From positions 62,001 through 126,000 of the forward strand of contig JASANG010002125.1 in the NCBI GenBank assembly GCA_030248215.1: a stretch of 64,000 nt of DNA. The letters are read 5' to 3'. Made by a program: the position numbers and the translations under genes. Below, one piece after another: positions 55,604-64,000 of the stretch; the first letter of the stretch is position 1; every line of letters starts with the position of its first letter. The notes beneath the pieces are model-generated. The model had not been told where the DNA came from. It searched no databases and saw only the letters and a program-made list of their open reading frames with translations. Source of the stretch: Enoplolaimus lenunculus (lineage: Eukaryota).

Positions 55604-56792
55604 AATCGAATTCTTACTCTACATGAAAATTTGCATGTGCATTGTAATTTAGCTTCTGAACTGCTATTTATTTATTTTGGTCGCTATTATGACTTCCTTC
55701 ATTTTGGATTTTATAGCGCTGGTTTTTGACATCAGTACTAGCTAATTTGGAAACTACCGTGTAGTTATCAAAATACTAGAATTTGAGCAGACGGAGATAA
55801 GTGGAAAATTGCGAATACTGTTTTATTTTGTGGTCAGGCAATGTATTTTTTGTGAATATACGTTATTGGCTTGCTGAAATTGTTTTTGATGGAACATTTT
55901 GTGAAATGTTAACTGAAAAGCTGCTAATATGCGTAATTGTATATATGGTAAACTGTGAACGGAAAAAGTTCCAGTTTTATAATTATTGCATAATGGAAAT
56001 CGATGATAACAGCTGTAGAGATTTAGTATCTAATGTTTTATTTCGTAATAAATCTGTTCGTCTTGTGCTTGCAATGGATTTTGTTAGACTATAATGTATT
56101 CGTAGAAGACTACCATCCGGGTTGTATTCCTAAAATATGCTTGGAGTAGTGATGGGAATCGGATATTTTTTCATATCTGGCAATTCTTGACGGATATTTA
56201 TTTAGTTTCTATTTCGGATATCCGAAACTCGTTTATGCGTTTTGTGGGTTTTTTACCTCAATTTTTATTTCTTAAGAACTGCGGCCTCCGGCTCCGGAAA
56301 AATTTTTGCTGGAGGTTCCGGCATTTTCGGTAGTAAAATTTTCCATAATTTTGCAAAATTTATCCGTTTAGGGCGTTTCGTTTTACTTTGTCACAATTTT
56401 CAGGGAAGAATTTCCGAAATTCCGCAGAAAATTAGTAAAAAACGAAATAACTTAACAGCATATTTACTACCTAATTTAGCCTCACCTCCGGCAAGTTTTG
56501 ATGACCTCCGGCATTTTTCACCGGCTGCACCTTGGTTATTTGTTATGCAAGTGTTTCAATAGCGTTGGGTGTTTGGTTTCAGATTGCTAATATGGCTGGG
56601 TTTCCAATACTACACTGAAGTACAATTTAGTACTTAATAAGTACGTACTAAGTATATATAAATACTTACTCTTAGCTCAAAAATTCAAATACTGAAGTCG
56701 GAGACTTAGTAATAACTTTACTTAAGTACAACTTAAGAAAAAGCTTAAGTAAGATTTCAGAAAACCAGTCACCAACTAATAAATACTTGTGT

Positions 56793-57663
56793 TGGCCAAT
56801 GTTACTTTAAAGGCCGTCCCATTTTCCCGGGACAGAAATGTACCAGGAGGACCCGTCCCATTTTCCCGGGACAGCAATCTACCAGGAGTACATTCAAAAA
56901 TATTAATTGGGACAGCGGGACAGATGAACGGAAAACAGATGTTAAAGCATGAAAGTTTCGAAAGTGTTTCATCTTTCTGACGACACAATTGAGGGGTGTA
57001 AATATTCACAAGTATTTCAATCAGTATTTCAAAATTTTTAAAGCAAAATGGCGGTTGCATCGAAATTTTGGCGCATGTTACGCCGAGGCCCGTCCCGCTG
57101 TCCTGGGACAACGGCAAGCAAGAGTGCAGCGGGCAGTGGGACAACCGGGATAGTGGGACAGCCGTGAAAACGGGACAGCCGGGACAACGGAACAGCTGGA
57201 ACAACGGGACAGCCGGGACAGTGGGATAGCAGGGACAACGGGGACAACCGGGACAGCTTTGAAAACGGGGACAGCTGGGGCACTCGGGACAGCTGGACAG
57301 TGGAACTGCCGGGACAGTGGGACAGCCAAGACAGCTAGATAACGGAGCTAAACTTAAACCAAAGCTGTATTAAGCCTAAACCTAAACTAAAGCGTAAGCC
57401 TGCGCCTAGGACAAGCCGAAGCCTACGCTCTAGGTTTAAGCCAAAGCTTAGAAGCCTGAAACCTAAATCCAAAACCAAAACCTTGGCCTAAAAGCATAAG
57501 CCTAATCCCTAGCCTAAATCTAAGCCGTAGCCTAAGCCTTAGCCTAAGACTAAGCATAAGCCTTACCCGAAGTTCTAAGAATAGCCTATTAAGCCTGAAC
57601 CTCGAACACATTAAAGCAGCCTGTTTATTGTTTCGGGACAGCGGGACGGCACTCTAAAAGTAA
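56793..57663. mobile_element. Larger (about 870 bp) member of the GGCCAATGTTAC-TIR family with a GGGACA-core minisatellite and a degenerate GCCTAA tract
   Basis: Left GGCCAATGTTACTTTAAAGGCCGTCCC; partial right TIR GGGACGGCACTCTAAAAGTAA; GGGACA(G/A)C repeats at 57105-57335; GCCTAA-like tract at 57345-57600. Confidence 0.7.
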
Positions 57664-58725
57664 ATATATGTTTAAGACTTAACGAAAAGATATGAGTGTA
57701 TCGTTGTCGATTGCGCAAAGTATTAATAAAGATCTGAACAAACGCAGAACGTAGTGTGAGACATTTACAGCGTTATATATAGCAACTGCTTTTTAAACGA
57801 TCAAAATATTGGCTCTCTACATCTCCAGGCTCGCTTCTCTGACGTATGGCCGGAATCTATTTGGGTGTGGAGCGCCAGCCATATATTTTTCCAAAAAATA
57901 CGGAAAAAAGAGAAAACAATATTGTTTGCTGAGATTCATTTTAGTAGGACCTTGATGCATCTGTGCCTTTAAATATTTGTTTAACGCACAAAATGAACAC
58001 GTCAATGGACCTTTTTACGGGGTAACTACATAGCTAGTGCGAAATAACAATTGTTGAAAGACAAAGTTTTCAATATTTAGATGATTAGAAATAATTTACC
58101 ACAAAACCGTATAAATTCAGGGTCTTTCATCTTTGATTGTAGGAACAGGAACATAGCCCTGTTTTCAGCAATGGCTTATTAACGTGTACAGAAATTGACT
58201 ACCAGGCGTGCGTCCATGGGTTTGGTGTCCAAACGGATCTTAACTATACTGCAGCAACGTTTTTTGGTTACCTTATTTCTTGCCTTTAGTTAGTTGTTTG
58301 AATTAAATCAATTAGCTGTTTAGAAAGTATTACTATAAAACGTTGAAAGCAGTGGAATTAGACAGATTCGGAACCAAACTTTGAACTGTAAACTAAGTAG
58401 CTAAAATAAGCGTGGAATGCGAATATAAAATTACGAGTTACAGATCTTTAAGAAAACACTTTACCGCAATGCCATGCTGCATGCTATCTGCCCCTCTAAC
58501 GTAAACTAATGTCAAATATAGATATGGACTGGATTCCAGGTCGCGACCGGCCACCAAAATGTATTGGGACCGGATAGTCGGATTGGTGAATTCCCCGTAA
58601 CCTTATGCCGTTTTTGTTAGAACAGGAGACATATGTTGAATGATTATTTCGGCAGTACTTTATAGCCCACTACCATGAAATGCAGGTCTTCGCTAAATTA
58701 CAGTTTAGTCTGTTTGGTAGGCATA

Positions 58726-61700
58726 ATGACTAACCTAGTTACAAATCTTGTTATTATTACTTTATTGTTCGTAACGGTTGTGAATGCGACTGACAAATTT
58801 GTCACCGTGTGGTTAAAATCAAAATGGCCGGATAGTTCGCTGTTAGCTGAATCAGCAGAATTTGTTTCAGAAGAAAGTAACTACATGTTTTGGCAGTTTA
58901 TAGAAAAAGTATGACATTATTTTTCGTCTGTTAGTAGTTGTATTTTGCGGTATGTTTGTTCTGAATAACTGATTGAAGTTAATTGGTGAAACTTTCTTCG
59001 TGTGAGCCGTCCCTACCGCTAATCCCTGAACGGTAACAGCAAATTCGGGTAATGACATACCCGTTAGACTTACACTATTTTATTCGAGGAGTTAACTCAA
59101 GAGAAAAAACTGGTTTTCCTCTCTTGGAGGAAAACCTTGAGATAAAACTCAAAAGAAGAGAAATTAATTGCGAGTTTTCATCTGGATTCAAAACTAGTTT
59201 TTAGAGTAATTTTGAGGAAGAGAACGTGTTATTTTGCTCATGAGTATGATTACATATTATTAAACTTTAACCCGAGTTCTGTTTATTAGTGAGTTCGACG
59301 GCTTCTGAGTTCTAAATTTGAAATCGAAACCCTTGTTAAGGCTGGACTCGGATGAACTCGCCCAGTCCCCTAACAATGCTATCATCTTAAACCATATCTG
59401 CTAAGATATCCCTAATTTACACGTCGTACTCAGTAACTATATGACGAAAAATATTTTCGGTTACATTTGATATTTTTGTTCATGCAAAACATCTCATTTT
59501 TGTTATGGTAAAGTTTTATATTGTTGCGGAACTATTGACTCGCCGATACGTATGCTAAATTTTGTGCAGTTACATAACGTATGTGTTTAATTGTAGTTTA
59601 AATGGTTTAGGTTTCCGCTTATTCACAGTCAGAGATGCGCGAATTTACGCAACGCCAACTGTATGACTTCATATTGAAAACGCTAGCCACATTTATGCCT
59701 GCGGCTCGAATAGATCTGCTCAAGTTTGCGCTATCCGTCCGTGCTCATTCGCCACAGGTTTGGGTTCATTAATTACTTGTCTGCTATTTCCTACTATATA
59801 ATTTGGGCATAGCTCCAGCTAACATTTACATTCACGTATATTCACTAATTAATTATATAAATACGTAAACCAGTCGTAGTGGGACCACATGTACTGAGCG
59901 AAGCTCGAACAGACTTAAGCCATTAAACTAATATACAAATTAGTCATTCTCTTATTATTCTTTTATCAGTTTTGGACGTTTATAGACACTATTCAGATTC
60001 CTCACATCCAAAAACCATTCAGTAACCCTTATAGTTAATGAAATATTGCTAAAAGTCCTAATACAGGCTTATATTATGCTAATGCAAATTAGCGATTAAG
60101 GAACTATTGAATTATTGGTTTTGAAGGTTTGTATACAATTTATTCAGGTTCCTCGCACCCCAAAACTCTTTATTGCTGAAATTAGATTGCTCGTATCCTT
60201 AATAATCAGTGAAATATTGTAAAAACTCCTAATTTAGGCTTATCACCCCGGGGTTTCGACTAACATTATTGCTTGCTATATTTAAAACCCATTTCATAAA
60301 AACGCTCGAAAACTACGTGTTCACACGTATTGAAAGCGAGATAAATCGCTTGAAGTGTCAGCGTGATGTACGCTCCTGTTTTCGAAATCATAGAGCTAAT
60401 ATTAAAATCATGGTTAACTATCAGATTCCTCGCACCCCAAATCCCTTTATTGCTGAAATAATTAGAGAGATATTGCTAAAAGTCTTAATTTAGGTTTAGC
60501 GATTTTGATAATGTGCAAATTAGCTATTAGATAACTATTCAATAATCGGTTTTGAAAATTTGCAGACAATTTATTCGGATTCCTGATTCCTCGTGCCCAA
60601 AACCTTTTGCCTTTAGTACTGAAAGTACATTGATTGTAGCCGTAATAATTAGTGAACCAGTCGTGACTACATGTGTTGAGCGAAGGTTTAGCACACGTAA
60701 CCAATTAAGCTAATATACAAATTAGTTATTAGCTAACTATTAATTTATCGGTTTTGGAGGTTTGTAAACAATTTATTCAGATTACTCGCACCCAAAAAAC
60801 CTTCAATAACCGAAATAATTTAAAAAGCCATTATTTTGGCTTATCATTTAAGCAAATATGCAAATTAGCTATTCGCTAACTATTCGATTATAGGTGGACG
60901 AAAAAGTTTATCAAAATCTGTTCAGCCGTTCCTGAGATTCTTTTCGGACGTACGGACGGACATCCACCTTTCGACCTAAAACGTTTCACAAAGCTCCGAG
61001 CTTCACTCGGAGTTTCGCGTCGCTCAAATATCTTAAAAAGTCCCAGTTTAGGCTTAACCAATTATGCAAGTTAGCATGTAGCGAATAAATGGCTTAAAAT
61101 TTTATAACCCTAATGCGAGGTTAACACCTCAGGATAATTGGTTTTCAAACAAAAAAGTTTATCAAAATCGGTTCAGCGGTTCCTGAGATTCTTTTCAGAC
61201 GGAATTACGGACGGACGGATATTCGCCTTTCAACCCCTGGGTACAAAACATATCACGTTTCGCGAAATTTCGAGTGTCACTCGGAGTTTCGTTTTGCTTA
61301 AATATCTTAAAAAGTCCCAATTTAGGCTTAACCAATCATGCAAATTGGCCTGTATCTACTAAAAGGCTTAAAATTTTAAAATACCAATGCAATGTTAACA
61401 CCCCAGGATGACAGGCTTTCAAACAAAAAATATTTATCAAATCGGTTCAGCGGTTCCTGATTGAAATGTTATTGCTTTGTGCAAGTGCTCACAATGTTTA
61501 TGTTTTATTGGTTTCAGGTTGAAATGTTTCGTCAAGTTGCGGCTGATGCCATCCCGGATCCGAGTATGTGTGATGTGTTTTTAGACGTACATGGTGAAAT
61601 TTTATGTTCTGTTGACGAAGTTGAAAATGCAATTGACCGTGTGGCGAAAAACAAATCTGTAGCTTTATCGGTAGGTTTGCTTGTTTTCTGGCTGGAATAC

Positions 61701-63593
61701 CAATGTTTAATTGAGAACTACGTATATAGATATGTTGGGCTGCCATCGCAGTAAATGTTGTGAAACACAAGAACAAGAATTGGAAGTTTTGCTAGAAAAA
61801 ATATTTGAATTTAAGGTCACAAAGCAGGTTGGGGACCAACCGTTTGTATCTTTGTTCAAAGCTGTGTAGAACAGTTTTAAGTATTGTGTAAGGGACACTT
61901 ATTTTGGATTTTAAATAGTTTGGGCACACATTAAATAGGTAACTTAATCGTTTTTGTTTCAGTTTACACTGTCCACTTTCTATAGTTTGTTAAACTATAT
62001 TTGTATATTTAATTACAGGTTGATCATCATTTTCATAGCAGTAATGTTGGCGCAGAAAAACGGGTAATACTATATGGCCAGCTTGGAACTGAAAGTTTTC
62101 GTAACGCGCATTATGCTATGAAAAAGTTAGCATCATCCCGCCACGTGGACTATATTTTTCGACATTTCGACCGATCAAAAATTGAAAATGATGACGGACA
62201 GCAGCGCGCGTACTTAAGCGGATACGATGTGGAACTTGCGATTAAAAGCACGGAATATAAAGCGCAGGTGGTATTTTCTACTGTTTGGGGACGCTTTCAG
62301 TAGATATTTATCTTTCTTTTCCTGATGTCTCTCTTCAGCTCTCTATGCACCCGGGGTAATATAACGCCGCTGCAAAATTTTGTTTTGAACCTCCGTCTGT
62401 TTATCTGCAAAAATGTTGCAAATTTCAGTCATGTTGTTTATTAACTAATTGCTGAATTATACTTTGTCCCTGATGTAGTTCTGAAGCAGTGGGATGGGAA
62501 TTAGGAGTTTGGGATGATGATTCCATGTTTGGTTTCAGGATGATTCTAAAATACAGGCAAACGTCAGTAGCGATACTGTGGTGGAAGAGGCTGAGTTAGA
62601 AACTGATTTACATGGCTTCAATTTCAAGGTAGTGCATGCTTGTGTTGTGAGCTTCGTTTAAAATAAAACATGAGTTTGCTTTTTACGTACGTATCTGCAT
62701 GAATATAATTGATGTTGAACAGAACGCTGTTCAAAAGTAGTGAATGGACTGGATAGTGGTTGCCAAATTTAGTTTACGAGGATATTTGCTTGCTTGGTAG
62801 TTGTTTCAATTCCTCAAACTATCATATTTATATTGCATTCGAGATTGCGTTTTGCCTGTGTACAACTGTGAATCGAAGTGTGCGCAATTAATTTCTTTTA
62901 CTTTTGTGTTTATATTAGGTGCTTAAACAGTTGCATCCAGAAAAAAAGGAGCAGTTGAATAATCTGAAGCGTCACCTACTCGACAAAGATGAATTGACAC
63001 CGCTGAAAGTGTGGCAACTACAAGATTTGAGCTTTCAAGCGGCGCAACGTGTGATATCTGAAGGCAAAACAGGTGCGTTGGCTGCGCTGCAAGATGTTTC
63101 GCAAAACTTTCCGGTACTTGCTCATGCGCTGACTCGAGTTGCTGTCAAGTAAGTCAAATAGCATTTGCATTAAAATTACCGTTGTGTTGTGGACAGTCAA
63201 AAAACCTTTTGTTGTGCATTAAACTTTTTTTCATAATAGTGTTAATATTGTAAAAGAGACGTATGTGTTATAGTTAAACACATGTGTTTACATTTGCCTA
63301 CTTTAGCGAAAACGGCATGGAAGGGTGAGCGGATGTTTATTTTGTCTAAAAATCGCTGTGTTTTTATTTTATAGTCCAAAAGTTCGTGCCGAGATTGAAA
63401 AGAATCAAGAAGAAACATTCGACGAGCTTAATCTATCGCCCGGTGAATCTGGTTTATTTGTGAACGGTTTGCAAATCGATCTCGAAACAACGGATATATT
63501 TTCGCTTTTGGATTTGTTGAAAAAAGAGGAAAAATTGTCTGCTGGGTTTTTTCGTATGGGCTACCGCCGAGAATATTTAACGCTGTTGACTAG
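58726..63593 (+). CDS. UGGT1: UDP-glucose:glycoprotein glucosyltransferase, 5' part (7 exons seen; the gene continues beyond the window)
   Basis: Exons 58726(or 58675)-58908, 59611-59757, 61518-61670, 62019-62267, 62539-62628, 62919-63148 and 63375-63593. A signal peptide is followed by KWPDSSLLAESAEF..EES...FWQF, LLKFALSVRAHSPQVEMFRQ, VILYGQLGT, YIFRH, LSGYDVELAIKSTEYKAQDD, LHGFNF, LKVWQLQDLSFQAAQ, SQNFP and LFVNGL. Confidence 0.92.
59810..61460. repeat. Imperfect tandem units of a DINE-1/Helitron-like non-autonomous repeat in UGGT intron 2
   Basis: The anchor TTATCAAAATCGGTTCAGCGGTTCCTGA occurs three times (about 60905, 61160 and 61435), followed by GACGGACGGA in two copies. Upstream, ATTCCTCGCACCC-type anchors recur about 5 times. 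A related copy lies at about 51810-52000. Confidence 0.55.
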
Positions 63594-64000
63594 GTGAGCG
63601 TTGAAATACGGTGAGATCAAAGCAAAATATGTATATATAGCTGTTTATGCGAATTTGGAATTTTTGGTCGATTTTATAAGTTGTGCCAGAAAATAACGAA
63701 AGCTATCGGTTAGTTTTAAAGAAATGCAATTTAAGACAATACCTGAAATTTATCATTTACACGGAATACACTGACTGTTGTGATCAGAACTATAAAATAA
63801 ATTGTCGCAATTTTAGATGATTCTGTGGAACATGCAAAATTATTGTTAATAGTCCCGATATTGTAATCGGTATTTGCAAGCGTTCCTCAACATATAAATT
63901 ACAGACGCTTTATATTTGAATTAAGAAGATCTGTTGCTTTTTAGTTTTGTACTAAACTTGTTTTGCATTCAGTGGCTATTCGAAATTTTTTAGTTGGCAA

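Noticed and set aside
57105..57335. CRISPR-like repeat-spacer pattern, or a Pro/Val-rich ORF (56776-57329)
   Set aside because: The repeats are only 6-9 bp with tiny spacers and lie inside a transposon. The ORFs are translations of the repeat.

Overview
Eukaryotic, AT-rich, intron-rich genomic DNA, most likely from a nematode. The evidence is abundant TTAGGC telomere-type repeats, TTTCAG/TTTTAG splice acceptors, an INX-10-like innexin and an UNC-29-group nAChR. An intact Mps1 gene suggests an early-branching lineage. I rebuilt six spliced genes by hand, all with GT-AG junctions and consistent phases: a non-alpha nicotinic acetylcholine receptor subunit (+, 2177-11480), a Sulfotransfer_2 carbohydrate sulfotransferase (-, 12624-17222), TRMT10C/MRPP1-like tRNA methyltransferase (+, 21823-26757), an innexin (+, 34447-40242), Mps1/TTK kinase (+, 44213-55603) and the 5' part of UGGT (+, from about 58726 off the window end). 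Introns and intergenic DNA are packed with non-autonomous transposons. The most striking is a family of GG...CC-terminated MITEs with 8-bp target-site duplications (Merlin-like) that carry oriented telomeric TTAGGC tracts; about 12 complete and several partial copies lie in 64 kb. Also present are hAT-, Harbinger- and CACT-type MITEs, a decayed RTE-like LINE, DINE/Helitron-like tandem units and a 55-bp minisatellite of about 34 copies in the last nAChR intron. Family and orthology calls come from recalled motifs, not database searches.
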